This document shows positions 17,777 to 27,055 of a stretch of DNA of 54,109 nucleotides, in pieces. The stretch is from Candidatus Omnitrophota bacterium. Lineage in GTDB: Bacteria > Omnitrophota > Gorgyraeia > Zapsychrales > Fredricksoniimonadaceae. Each line of letters begins with the position of its first letter. Within the stretch, counting starts at the first letter, position 1. The notes under the pieces were generated by a model. It had not been told where the DNA came from. It saw only the letters and a list, made by a program, of their open reading frames with translations, and made no database searches. Where the stretch lies: assembly GCA_903901225.1 (NCBI GenBank), contig CAIUQE010000005.1, positions 1 to 54,109 of the forward strand, in the 5' to 3' direction. A program made the translations under genes and the position numbers.

Positions 17777-20125
17777 TCATTTCTTCTCAATAACCACGCG
17801 CCAGTGGTCGCCCTGGCGCTCCTGCAGGATGATCTTGTGCCCTTCATCCCGAACCGAGCCAGGAACATTCTCTATAGGCGCGCCATCATCAAGCCATATT
17901 TCCAGAAGATCGCCGGCTTTCAACCTGGCCAGTTCGACCTTGGTCTTGACGAAATTGAACGGGCAAAGGACGCCGCGCAGGTCTTTGGTGGCTGCCGGCG
18001 CGAGGGCCGCGACCTGAACCGGTACCGGCGCTTCAACCGCGGCAACGGGCGGCTTCCTGAAATTGAAGCCGTTATCCATGTTCTCATACAGCACATTGAT
18101 CGCGCGGGCCAGGGCCTGGATATTTTCTTCCTGCGGCACGAGAGCATCGAACTCCTTGCGCTCGGCCAGGGCCACGAGGCCCTCGAACGCGGGATCCACA
18201 TGCCCCGCGGCAATGAAATGCTGGCGGAAGGCATCGTACAATTCCCTGTCGGTCTTCGGTTCAACACCGCGCGTGATCAACAGCGCCCGGCTCGCGAAAA
18301 AGACCAACTGGCCCAACAGCGGCCCTTTCTGGTCCGCCGCGGCGGTGGAAAGTTTTTCCCGCGTCCGACGGATATTGTTCAGGTCCAGTTCAATGAGGTC
18401 AAAAAGCCCGGTTGAACATTCGCCGGCACCCCGTTCGGCCAGCGAGAAGACCTTCGCGGCGCTCCAGTCAAAATAATAATTCTTGTCGTCGTCAAACGCG
18501 GGGATGTCCTTGTAACGCGCGATAATGGCAACCAGGTCGTCTTTGCCTTCACCGGCGATATACTCTTTGAACGTCGCGAAGCGGTCCGCCTTGCCCAGGA
18601 ACGCGGCGAGGAGGTTTTCCACCACAAGCGTGATCGCCCTGGCGGGGATATCTCCCACCAATGCCGCGAGCTTCGTCGTGCCATCGTGGATCACTGCCCC
18701 CGCGTAAACGCTATAAGCGGGATACATGTGCCCGTCCTTGCGCAGGGCCTTACCGGCAAAGCCCAGGTCCGCGGCCGGATGATGCCCGCAGGAGTTCGGG
18801 CATCCGGAAATATTCAACCGGATCTCCCCGACCTTGTCCAGGTCCAGGCCGCTTGAACCCAGCGACTGGATCAACGCCCGCGCCGCCTGGCGCGAAAGGC
18901 AAATGCCCAGCTGGCAGGTCGAGGCACCCGCGCACGAAAGGACCCGCCCCAGCAAAGCAGGCTTGGGCACAAGGGGCAGCACCCTCACCAGAAAAGCATG
19001 GACTTCCTCCAGCTTTCCCGCCGGGATATTCCGCAACAGGAAATTCTGGCCCCGCGTCACGCGCACGACATCATCGCCAAACCCACCCAGGAACCGCGCC
19101 AGCGCGCCGGCCCCATCGCAGGAAATGAACCCGAGTTCCACCGGCACAAGGACCGAAAAAAGCCCGGCCTGTTTCTGTTCCCTGACATAACGCGCGCGCC
19201 ACAGGACAAACTCCGGCTCACCCGGGCCAGGGTGGACCGCCGCCGTCACGGCGCGCCCGGCCTGGGGCTCGTCGAGCGTGAGCGGCGCGTGCCCCTCCTG
19301 CGTGACCTTATTGAACTCCTCATAAAAACGCCGCTTGAATTCTTCCGCGCCCAGGCCCTGCCACAGGAACCTCAGCCGCGCCGCGTGCTTGTTCTTGCGG
19401 TTGCCGTATTTCCAGAACAGGTTCTTGACGGCCTTGGCGATGGGATAAACCTGCGTGTCGTCGACGAAATCGAACAGGAGGTTCCCGACGGCTGACCGCA
19501 CCCCCAGCCCTCCGGCGACATGAACGCGAAATCCTTTTTTACCATCCACGATCCTCGCGATGAACCCCAGGTCGGCCAATGTCGCCTGCCCCTTGTCGTG
19601 CTCCGAGCCGGAAAAAGCGATCTTGTATTTGCGGGGAAGGTTCCAGGAATCGTTCTCCGCGATAAGGCGCGTGGTCAGCGCCGCCGCGTAAGGCGTCACA
19701 TCAAAAACTTCCAGAGGATCGATCCCGGCATCGTCCTGCGCCGCGATATTGCGCACCGTGTTCCCGCCGCCGCCGCGCGTGGAAAGCCCGGCCTCTTTCA
19801 ACTGGCGGATCACCGCGACAAGGTCGTCCAGCTTCACATAATGGATCTGCAATTCCTGCCGCGAGGTCAAATGCAGGTCACCGACGCCGTAGCGCGCGGC
19901 GATCGCGGCGACCTTCTCCAGCTGGCCCGGGGTCACGATACCGGCGACACAGCGGATGCGCACCATGTACGTGTCCGCCTCTCGCTGTTCATAAACACCG
20001 AACGGGACGCGATGGACCTTAAGCTCGATGGGGGCTATCGCGCCGGCGCGGAATTTTGCTATCAACGCTTCGAGCTGGCCGATCTCCTCATCAAGCTGCG
20101 GCGGGATCTTATAACCTGTCGTCAT
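17777..20125 (-). CDS. sir: Siroheme/4Fe-4S sulfite reductase with C-terminal TusA/SirA-like sulfur-transfer domain
   Basis: FGVYEQR, HLTSRQELQIH, NLPRKYKIAFSG, SCAGASTC...ISGCPNSCG cluster ligands, C-terminal DLRGVLCPFNFVK. Start taken at ATG 20125 after GGAGGT. Confidence 0.88.
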   Translation of the reverse strand: MTTGYKIPPQLDEEIGQLEALIAKFRAGAIAPIELKVHRVPFGVYEQREADTYMVRIRCVAGIVTPGQLEKVAAIAARYGVGDLHLTSRQELQIHYVKLDDLVAVIRQLKEAGLSTRGGGGNTVRNIAAQDDAGIDPLEVFDVTPYAAALTTRLIAENDSWNLPRKYKIAFSGSEHDKGQATLADLGFIARIVDGKKGFRVHVAGGLGVRSAVGNLLFDFVDDTQVYPIAKAVKNLFWKYGNRKNKHAARLRFLWQGLGAEEFKRRFYEEFNKVTQEGHAPLTLDEPQAGRAVTAAVHPGPGEPEFVLWRARYVREQKQAGLFSVLVPVELGFISCDGAGALARFLGGFGDDVVRVTRGQNFLLRNIPAGKLEEVHAFLVRVLPLVPKPALLGRVLSCAGASTCQLGICLSRQAARALIQSLGSSGLDLDKVGEIRLNISGCPNSCGHHPAADLGFAGKALRKDGHMYPAYSVYAGAVIHDGTTKLAALVGDIPARAITLVVENLLAAFLGKADRFATFKEYIAGEGKDDLVAIIARYKDIPAFDDDKNYYFDWSAAKVFSLAERGAGECSTGLFDLIELDLNNIRRTREKLSTAAADQKGPLLGQLVFFASRALLITRGVEPKTDRELYDAFRQHFIAAGHVDPAFEGLVALAERKEFDALVPQEENIQALARAINVLYENMDNGFNFRKPPVAAVEAPVPVQVAALAPAATKDLRGVLCPFNFVKTKVELARLKAGDLLEIWLDDGAPIENVPGSVRDEGHKIILQERQGDHWRVVIEKK

Positions 20126-20516
20126 GCACAACCTCCAGTGTTTCTTCCGTGACCTGCCCGTTCTTTATCCAGAATGCCCTGACGTCTTCGTGGCCGTCCG
20201 CGAGCGATACGATCACATAAAGCTTCCCGGCGTCGTACGCAAGGCGGATGTCCTCAGCCGAAGGCCGCGCCGGGCTGGCCGGATGGCTGTGGTAGACCGC
20301 CTCAAGCGACGTGCCTTTGGCCCGGGCCTCCCTGGTCGCCGCGAACTGCTCCCGGGGATCAAAGGAAAAATGTTCGGGGCTTTTGTCGCAATTCGTCAAT
20401 TCATGGATCCCCGCCAGGACCCCGTCCTTCACAGCGAGGTAGCCGCACGCTTCCAGCGGCGCTTCACGACGGGCATGGGCCAGCAGTCGCTCTTGGATAT
20501 CCCCGGTGATCCTCAT
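20109..20516 (-). CDS. JAB/MPN (M67) metalloprotease, sulfur-carrier processing (HcyD/Mec-like)
   Basis: EACGYL and YHSHPASPARPSAED JAMM motif. Start taken as MRITGD at 20516. Confidence 0.9.
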   Translation of the reverse strand: MRITGDIQERLLAHARREAPLEACGYLAVKDGVLAGIHELTNCDKSPEHFSFDPREQFAATREARAKGTSLEAVYHSHPASPARPSAEDIRLAYDAGKLYVIVSLADGHEDVRAFWIKNGQVTEETLEVVHDDRL

Positions 20517-20517
20517 C

Positions 20518-21333
20518 CTAACCCCGCCCCCGGCTCTTGAGATCGCACACCGCCGGCTCAGCGTCAACGAGCGTCGTTATCGAAGGCCTCTCGCCGCACA
20601 CGGGGCACGCCGGATTCCTGGCGAACTTCACGGTGCGGAAATTCATGTTCAGCGCGTCAAAGACCAGCAGGCGGTTGACCAGGAGCTCGCCCTTGCCGAT
20701 AAGAAAACGCAGGACCTCCGCCGCCTGGATCGTGCCCAGCATGCCTGCCACAGCACCCAGGATGCCGGCCTGTGAACAGGTCGGTACCGCGCCCTTGGGC
20801 GGCGGCGCCGTGAACACGCAACGATAGCAGGCCTGCCCCGGCACGTAGGTCAGCGTCTGGCCGTCGAAACGCAGGATGCCGCCGTGCGAAAAGGGCTTGC
20901 CGCCCAGAACACACGCGTCATTGATCAGGAACTTGGCCGCGAAATTATCCGTCCCGTCGACAATAAAATCGTAATCCTTGATGATGCCCGCGATGTTGGC
21001 CGCAGCGACCCGCGTTTCATACGTGATAACCCTGACATCCGGATTGATGGCCGCGATCTTGTCTTTGGCTGACAGCACCTTGGGCCGCCCGACATCGGGC
21101 GTAAAATGGATCACCTGCCGCTGCAGGTTGGAAAGGTCGACCACATCCCCATCGACGAGGCCTATTGTCCCCAGACCGGCCGCCGCCAGGTACAATGCCA
21201 CGGGCGCGCCCAGCCCGCCGGTGCCGATGATAAGCACCTTGCCGGCCAATATCTTTTCCTGGCCTTCAACACCGACATTGCCCAGGATGATGTGGCGGCT
21301 GTAACGCTCGATCTGCGCGTCGTTCAAATTCAT
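20518..21333 (-). CDS. ThiF/MoeB-family (E1-like) adenylyltransferase (HcyF-like)
   Basis: RYSRHI, GTGGLG, DLSNLQRQ, DGTDNF, CYRC and CPVC Zn motifs, catalytic-type PTCSQAG. Confidence 0.93.
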   Translation of the reverse strand: MNLNDAQIERYSRHIILGNVGVEGQEKILAGKVLIIGTGGLGAPVALYLAAAGLGTIGLVDGDVVDLSNLQRQVIHFTPDVGRPKVLSAKDKIAAINPDVRVITYETRVAAANIAGIIKDYDFIVDGTDNFAAKFLINDACVLGGKPFSHGGILRFDGQTLTYVPGQACYRCVFTAPPPKGAVPTCSQAGILGAVAGMLGTIQAAEVLRFLIGKGELLVNRLLVFDALNMNFRTVKFARNPACPVCGERPSITTLVDAEPAVCDLKSRGRG

Positions 21334-22571
21334 GCCGAAGCCTCCAGGCTTTGTTGGATATCAGCGATCAGGTCACGGCCCTCCTCGATCCCCACGGACA
21401 CCCGGACCATGGTGTCACGCACGCCCATAAGCTGCAGCTGGGCGGCGTCATATTCACCGAAGATCGTCGACGCCGGATGGATGACCAGCGAACGGTTATC
21501 GTGCAGGTTGGTCGCCCGGCGCAACAATTGCAGGGCGTTGATGAACTTGAAGCACTGTTCTTTTGATGTCAGGTCAAACGTCAGCACCGCTCCCGGTTTG
21601 TCGCCGAACTGCGCCCGCGCCGCGGCGTAATACGGCGATGATGCCAGGCCCGGATAATGGACCGAACGCGCAAGGCCGCTGGCCTGCAGGAACTCAGCGA
21701 TCTTCAACGTATTGGCACATGACTGATCGACCCTCAGCGCCAGCGTCTCGAGGCCAAGGCTCTGCAAATAAGCGTTATGGGCTGAAAGGCAGGCGCCGGT
21801 ATTACGATGAACTTCACGCCGTAAACGGCTGATGAAGGCGAAAGGGCCGAACTTTTTGGCGTCCGTCGCGAGCTTCGCGTTGCGTGCCCAGTCGTAACTG
21901 CCATGGTCGATGATGACACCGCCCAGGCTGGTCGCCCCACCCGAGATCCACTTGGTGCTGGAAATAACCTCCACATCCACGCCGAAAGCCTTGGCGCTGA
22001 AAAGATACGGCGGGGTCATGGTCGTGTCCGCGATGATCAGCACGCCCGCCGGCCGCGCCACCGCGGACAAAGCAAGGATATCCGCGACCTCCAGCTGGGG
22101 ATTGGTGATCGTTTCAAGAAAAATGGCCTTTGTCCGCCCGTCGAACAGGCGCGCCACCTCACCCGCCTGTGTCAGGTCGGCATAGCGCGTCTCCAGGCCC
22201 CATTCCTTGAGCGTCTGCTCCAACAAAGAGTACGTATTGCCGAACAAATGGCGGCTCGTGATGATATTGTCACCAGCCTTGGCGATCGTCAGCAGGGTGT
22301 TGGCAATGGCGGCCATGCCCGACGCCAGCGCGAGCACGCCCGCAGCCCCCGTCACGGCCTTGAGGCGTTGCTCAAAATGTTCCACCGTCGGGTTGCTGAT
22401 GCGCGAATACATGTGCGCCGGGCTTTTGCCCTTGAAGGCCAGCTCCAGCTCCTCCGCCGTCTTGAACTCAAAGGTGACATTGTCATAGACCGGCATGTGC
22501 AGAGAGCCGTGCGCGTCCGCCTTGAGGAACTTCGCGTGCAGTATCTTTGTCGAGAACGCCCGGTCGCTCAT
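21330..22571 (-). CDS. metY: O-acetylhomoserine sulfhydrylase-like PLP enzyme (Cys/Met metabolism family)
   Basis: YSRISNPT, ASGMAA, ETITNP, SSTKW (PLP Lys), IHPASTI, VRVSVGIE. Confidence 0.8.
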   Translation of the reverse strand: MSDRAFSTKILHAKFLKADAHGSLHMPVYDNVTFEFKTAEELELAFKGKSPAHMYSRISNPTVEHFEQRLKAVTGAAGVLALASGMAAIANTLLTIAKAGDNIITSRHLFGNTYSLLEQTLKEWGLETRYADLTQAGEVARLFDGRTKAIFLETITNPQLEVADILALSAVARPAGVLIIADTTMTPPYLFSAKAFGVDVEVISSTKWISGGATSLGGVIIDHGSYDWARNAKLATDAKKFGPFAFISRLRREVHRNTGACLSAHNAYLQSLGLETLALRVDQSCANTLKIAEFLQASGLARSVHYPGLASSPYYAAARAQFGDKPGAVLTFDLTSKEQCFKFINALQLLRRATNLHDNRSLVIHPASTIFGEYDAAQLQLMGVRDTMVRVSVGIEEGRDLIADIQQSLEASA

Positions 22572-22789
22572 ATGTCCCTTTTCGCCCCGCCGCCCATGAA
22601 ATAAATAAAATCCACCTCATCATCCTGGGCGACCGGCGTCTGGGCGAGTTTTTCTTTCGCGACAAATTCACCGTTAAGCTGCACCGCGACCATTTCGGGA
22701 TTCGCGACACTGGAACGTTGCAGCACCTCGGCCACCGTGAGCGCGGCTTCAGCGGCCGTAAAAACCTTGCCATTCACCTTCAGCGTCAT
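22568..22789 (-). CDS. ThiS-like sulfur carrier protein with C-terminal extension (HcyS-like)
   Basis: 73 aa, MTLKVNGK...VAVQLNGEFV...DEVDFIYFMGGGAKRDI, with SD AAAGGAG upstream. It is hidden in the 3' end of ORF 22568..23260. Confidence 0.9.
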   Translation of the reverse strand: MTLKVNGKVFTAAEAALTVAEVLQRSSVANPEMVAVQLNGEFVAKEKLAQTPVAQDDEVDFIYFMGGGAKRDI

Positions 22790-22815
22790 TGTCACGTCTC
22801 CTTTATTAAACATGT

Positions 22816-23634
22816 TCAGCGCCCGCGCTTGATGGCCATTTCCACGGTCGTTTTGGCGATCAGCGTGACAATGGCCAGGAGCGCCAGGACCGACGCCGCG
22901 GCGAACGCGGCCGTGAACTGATATTCGTTGTATAAAATTTCCACGTGCAGCGGCAATGTGTTCGTCAGCCCCCGGATGTGGCCGGAAACGACCGAGACGG
23001 CGCCGAACTCGCCCATCGCGCGGGCATTGCACAGGATGATCCCGTAAAGGATGCCCCAGCGGATATTCGGGATCGTCACCCGCCAGAACGTTTCCCAGCC
23101 GCTCGCGCCGAGCGTCAGCGCGGCTTCCTCTTCCTCGCTGCCCTGGGAGCGCATGATGGGGATCAGTTCCCGCGCCACCATCGGGAACGTCACAAAGATC
23201 GTGGCCAGGATGATGCCCGGCGGGGCGAACACGATCTGGATGTTGTGCGCCACCAGCCACGGCCCGAAATAACCCTGCGCCCCGAAGAGCAGGATGAACA
23301 CGAGCCCCGAGATCACCGGCGAGACCGACAATGGCAGATCGATGAGCGACAACAGGAGGTTCTTGCCCTTGAAATCGAATTTGACGATCGCCCAGGATGC
23401 CGCCACGCCGAACACAAGGTTCAACGGGACCGCCACCAGCGCCGTCGTCACGGTCATGCGCATGGCGGCAAGGGCGTCCGGATGCCGCAAGGTCTGCACG
23501 TAGTAAACCCAGCCTTTTGAAAAAGCATGAAAAAAAACACAGAACAGCGGCAGGAGCACAAAAACGCCGAAGAAGGCCAACGCGATGGTGATGAGCGCTA
23601 TCCTGACAAATCTGGGTTCCGTTTGCGCGTTCAT
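22816..23634 (-). CDS. cysW: Sulfate ABC transporter permease CysW
   Basis: DLPLSVSPVISG, EEEAALTLGA, ARAMGEFGAVSVVSG, TLPLHVEILYNEY. Confidence 0.95.
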   Translation of the reverse strand: MNAQTEPRFVRIALITIALAFFGVFVLLPLFCVFFHAFSKGWVYYVQTLRHPDALAAMRMTVTTALVAVPLNLVFGVAASWAIVKFDFKGKNLLLSLIDLPLSVSPVISGLVFILLFGAQGYFGPWLVAHNIQIVFAPPGIILATIFVTFPMVARELIPIMRSQGSEEEEAALTLGASGWETFWRVTIPNIRWGILYGIILCNARAMGEFGAVSVVSGHIRGLTNTLPLHVEILYNEYQFTAAFAAASVLALLAIVTLIAKTTVEMAIKRGR

Positions 23635-23642
23635 CGTTTACC

Positions 23643-24479
23643 TTAAGCCTTTCCCAGTTTTCGTGAACTCAGCCATTGAAGAAAATTGGCCGACGCCAGG
23701 AGAAAAAAGGATATCAGGAGCATCCCCACCGCGATGGCAGTCGCGCCCGCGTAATCGTACTGTTCCAGCTTGGTCATAATTAATAGCGGCGCGATCTCCG
23801 TCTTCATCGGCATGTTCCCGGCGATAAAAATGACCGAACCGTATTCGCCGATACCCCGGGCAAAGGCCAGGGTAAACCCGGCCAGCAGCGCCGGGAAGAT
23901 CACGGGGAATATAACTTTTCTGATGGTCTGCCAGCGGTTGGCGCCGAGCGATGCCGCGGCCTCTTCCAGCTGAGGGTCAAGGTCTTCGAGCACGGGCTCG
24001 ACGGTCCTGACCACGAACGGCAGGCCGATGAACGTCAGCGCGATCGTGATACCAACAGGGCTGAAAGCACCCTTGATCCCCGCGAGGGCAAGGTAGCGCC
24101 CCAGCCAGCCATTGGGCGCGTAGAGCTCGGTGAGCGCGATGCCCGCCACCGCCGTCGGAAGGGCCAGCGGGAAATCCACCAGCGCGTCCACGATCTTCTT
24201 GCCGGGGAACGAATACCGCACCAGCACCCACGCGATCAGAAGCCCGAACACCGCGTTGATCCCCGCGCTCACCAGCGCCGTCCCAAAGCTAAGGCGGTAA
24301 GCCGCCAGCGTGCGCGCCGATGTCACGACTTCCCAGAACCCTCCCCAGCTCATCGAAGCCGTCTTGAAAAACAACATGGACAAGGGGATCAGGACGATAA
24401 GGCTCAAATAAAAGACCGTGAACCCCAGCGAGAGGGAAAAACCAGGCAGGATGCTGCGTTCCACGAAACGTTTCGACAT
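23643..24479 (-). CDS. cysT: Sulfate ABC transporter permease CysT (CysU)
   Basis: ILPGF N-terminus, ALPTAVAGIAL, GEYGSVIFIAGNMP, LEQYDY. Confidence 0.95.
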   Translation of the reverse strand: MSKRFVERSILPGFSLSLGFTVFYLSLIVLIPLSMLFFKTASMSWGGFWEVVTSARTLAAYRLSFGTALVSAGINAVFGLLIAWVLVRYSFPGKKIVDALVDFPLALPTAVAGIALTELYAPNGWLGRYLALAGIKGAFSPVGITIALTFIGLPFVVRTVEPVLEDLDPQLEEAAASLGANRWQTIRKVIFPVIFPALLAGFTLAFARGIGEYGSVIFIAGNMPMKTEIAPLLIMTKLEQYDYAGATAIAVGMLLISFFLLASANFLQWLSSRKLGKA

Positions 24480-24506
24480 GCGTTCACCGGAGATTTATAA
24501 AATTAG

Positions 24507-24538
24507 AGGCGGAGCCGGCCCAATGCCCGGCCCCGCCT
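24507..24538 (-). terminator. Hairpin between sbp and cysT
   Basis: AGGCGGAGCCGG...CCGGCCCCGCCT stem followed on the minus strand by CTAATTTT. Confidence 0.45.
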
Positions 24539-24546
24539 GTGAACAA

Positions 24547-25569
24547 TTACGGATTGACCTGGTAGATCTGGTCGAACACGCCCTTGTCCGCGAAATGCTT
24601 CTTCTGGGCTTTCTGCCACCCGCCGAACAGCGGGTCATCGATGGTGACAAGGTCCAGTTTCGCGAACTGCCCGGCGTATTTAGCCGCCACGGCTTCCAGG
24701 CGCGGGCGGTAATAATTCTTCGCCGCGATCTCCTGGCCTTCCTCGGTATAAAGGTACTTCAGGTAGGCCTCGGCGACCGCGCGCGTGCCATGACGATCGG
24801 CATTGCGGTCCACCAGCGATACCGGAGGCTCCGCGAGGATGCTGAGCGATGGCGTGACGATCTCATAATCCCCCTTGCCCAGCTGGTTCACGACGAGATA
24901 CGCCTCGTTCTCCCACGCGAGGAGGACATCGCCGATCCCGCGCTCCACGAACGTCGTCGTCGACCCGCGGGCGCCGGTATCGAGGACCGGGACGTTCTTG
25001 AACAGCGCCGCCAGGAATTCCCGGCCTTTCGCCTCATCATTATTGTTATGCTTGAGCGCGTACGCCCAGGCCGCCAGATAATTCCAGCGCGCGCCGCCCG
25101 ATGTCTTGGGGTTCGGCGTGATCACGACCACGCCCGGCTTGACCAGGTCATCCCAGTCCTTGATGCCCTTGGGATTTCCCTTGCGTACCAGGAACACGAT
25201 CGTGGAGGTGTAGGGTGTGCTGTTAGAGGGAAGACGGGACTGCCAGTTGCGCGGCAGAAGATCCGTCTTCTCGGCAATAGCGTCAATATCATACGCGAGC
25301 GCGAGCGTCACCACATCCGCCTGCAGACCGTCAATAACGGCGCGGCCCTGTTTGCCGCTGCCGCCGTGCGACTGGTTGATCTCGACCTCGGCCCCCGCGG
25401 TTCCGAGCCAGTGCGCGGCAAAAGCCTTGTTGAACGCCTGGTACAATTCCCGCGTCGGATCATAGGAAACATTGAGCAGCGTAACTTTGGGCGCCGCCAA
25501 AACGGGCGTCACCAGCGTCAGAACGGCAAAGAGCGCCGTGATAAAGCCATATGATCTAACAGATCTCAT
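24547..25569 (-). CDS. sbp: Sulfate-binding periplasmic protein
   Basis: [40 protein letters not shown]. Confidence 0.95.
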   Translation of the reverse strand: MRSVRSYGFITALFAVLTLVTPVLAAPKVTLLNVSYDPTRELYQAFNKAFAAHWLGTAGAEVEINQSHGGSGKQGRAVIDGLQADVVTLALAYDIDAIAEKTDLLPRNWQSRLPSNSTPYTSTIVFLVRKGNPKGIKDWDDLVKPGVVVITPNPKTSGGARWNYLAAWAYALKHNNNDEAKGREFLAALFKNVPVLDTGARGSTTTFVERGIGDVLLAWENEAYLVVNQLGKGDYEIVTPSLSILAEPPVSLVDRNADRHGTRAVAEAYLKYLYTEEGQEIAAKNYYRPRLEAVAAKYAGQFAKLDLVTIDDPLFGGWQKAQKKHFADKGVFDQIYQVNP

Positions 25570-25587
25570 GATCGGTTCCTTTCGTTA

Positions 25588-26970
25588 TTAAAAGCTCACC
25601 TGAAGGCGGCTTAAAAAGAGATTTTCCGTCGGGCGGTTCGTCGCGGAACCCGCGCCGCCGTCAAAATCGGTCCGTTCCCAGTTGAACACGAATTTGGTGT
25701 TGCGGTTCAGGTACCAGTTGAGCCCGGCCGTCCAGGCGCGCGCCGCCGTCGGCGATGTCGCGATAGTATTGGACGTCAGCGAGGTATCAAAGATGTTGTT
25801 GTCAAAATCGATCGCGCTGTAACGCCCGGCCAACTCAAAAGCGCCCCAGGCGCCGTCTTTTGGAGCGAACGGCCGCAGTGGCACAATGCCCGCGTAAGAG
25901 GCGTCCTCACCCGTCAGCACCCAGGATGCCGCGGCTTCCCAGCCCTGGTTGCGGATATCCTGGCGCTTGGTGCCCTTGGTCAGCTCCTCCTGCGAATTGA
26001 TGTACTCGCCGTAAACGCCCAGGGAATGATAATAGTAGGCGACCTGCGGCGCGTAGCGCAACTGGGGGCCGTCCTGCGACGTGCCGGACAATTTGAAATA
26101 TTCCGTCTGGCCGGCCGTCTTGTAAGAGGCCAGCGACGTGTCTTCCCTGTGGCCATAGGTGAACGCGCTGCCAAAGCCGAAGCCGCGCAAGGCCAGCGTG
26201 TTGGAATTCTTGAACGGCTGGGTAAACACGCGCGCGCCGAGTTCCTTGTCATTGTTCGTGTCCGATACGCTCGTGCTGCCGCCGGCGTCAACAACACCGT
26301 TGGTGAACGCGACAGCGTAATTCAGCCGGTTGCTGAAAAGATCGCCAAAAACCTGGACCCCGATATCGCGATTGGGCGCCAGGCTCTCCGCCAGGCCAGG
26401 CTCGGCAAAAGTCGCAACCGGCGATGACTGCAGCCTTTCATAAGCGAACGGCGCCTTGAACTTCCCGCCGCGGATCTTCAACGCGGGGTCAATGCGCCAG
26501 TCCAGATAGCCGTCCGGCAAAGCGACCGCCGTCGACCCGAATTCAGGCGATATATAATAATCAAAGTTGCTGGCCACCGTTCCGGAAAATACCACGCGGA
26601 CCGTCCTGTCGGTGAACGTGTCCTGGGGACTTGCCGTCGGCGCCGTTAACCCGTCTTTCTTGTTCGTCGAGAAAAAGCGCCCGTCAACCTGCGCGTAACC
26701 GGAGATCTTCAGCTTGTAACTGTCATCCGGGGCCTTGATGCTGAAACCATCCTTGGCCGATGCCGTCACGATCGGCGCGTCCTTGGCCTTTTGGGATGAC
26801 ACTTCCTTGTCAACTTCCAGCTGGCGCTTGAGGATATCGATCTGCCGCTGAAGGTCGGCGATCTTTTGTTCGACCGTAAGGTTTTCCTCGGCAAAACCTT
26901 TCGCGGGTAACAGCAAACTTCCGCCAAGGATCAACGCTGCGATAATAAAATACCACCGATGCTTGTTCAT
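25588..26970 (-). CDS. OprO/OprP-family anion porin in the sulfate operon
   Basis: Signal peptide ending GFA-E, N-terminal coiled coil, GKFKAPF, WVLTGE, WGAFELAGRYS, GLNWYLN, terminal Phe. Start taken at ATG 26970 after GGAG. Confidence 0.85.
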   Translation of the reverse strand: MNKHRWYFIIAALILGGSLLLPAKGFAEENLTVEQKIADLQRQIDILKRQLEVDKEVSSQKAKDAPIVTASAKDGFSIKAPDDSYKLKISGYAQVDGRFFSTNKKDGLTAPTASPQDTFTDRTVRVVFSGTVASNFDYYISPEFGSTAVALPDGYLDWRIDPALKIRGGKFKAPFAYERLQSSPVATFAEPGLAESLAPNRDIGVQVFGDLFSNRLNYAVAFTNGVVDAGGSTSVSDTNNDKELGARVFTQPFKNSNTLALRGFGFGSAFTYGHREDTSLASYKTAGQTEYFKLSGTSQDGPQLRYAPQVAYYYHSLGVYGEYINSQEELTKGTKRQDIRNQGWEAAASWVLTGEDASYAGIVPLRPFAPKDGAWGAFELAGRYSAIDFDNNIFDTSLTSNTIATSPTAARAWTAGLNWYLNRNTKFVFNWERTDFDGGAGSATNRPTENLFLSRLQVSF

Positions 26971-27055
26971 GCCACGACTCCTTTTTTCCAGTTTACCGTG
27001 TTTGTCACAACCTCCGGTGGTCCGGTCAGTCATTTTACTCTTGCAATATCATTAC

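Noticed and set aside
20109-22789. E1 + JAB + ubiquitin-like genes as an antiphage system (CBASS/Bil-like)
   Set aside because: There is no E2, cyclase or effector. The genes are embedded with MetY, sulfite reductase and sulfate uptake genes, matching sulfur-carrier metabolism.
22790-23260. Apparent 230-aa protein fused to ThiS
   Set aside because: The upstream part is an off-frame read of cysW. An SD and ATG at 22789 define a normal 73-aa carrier.
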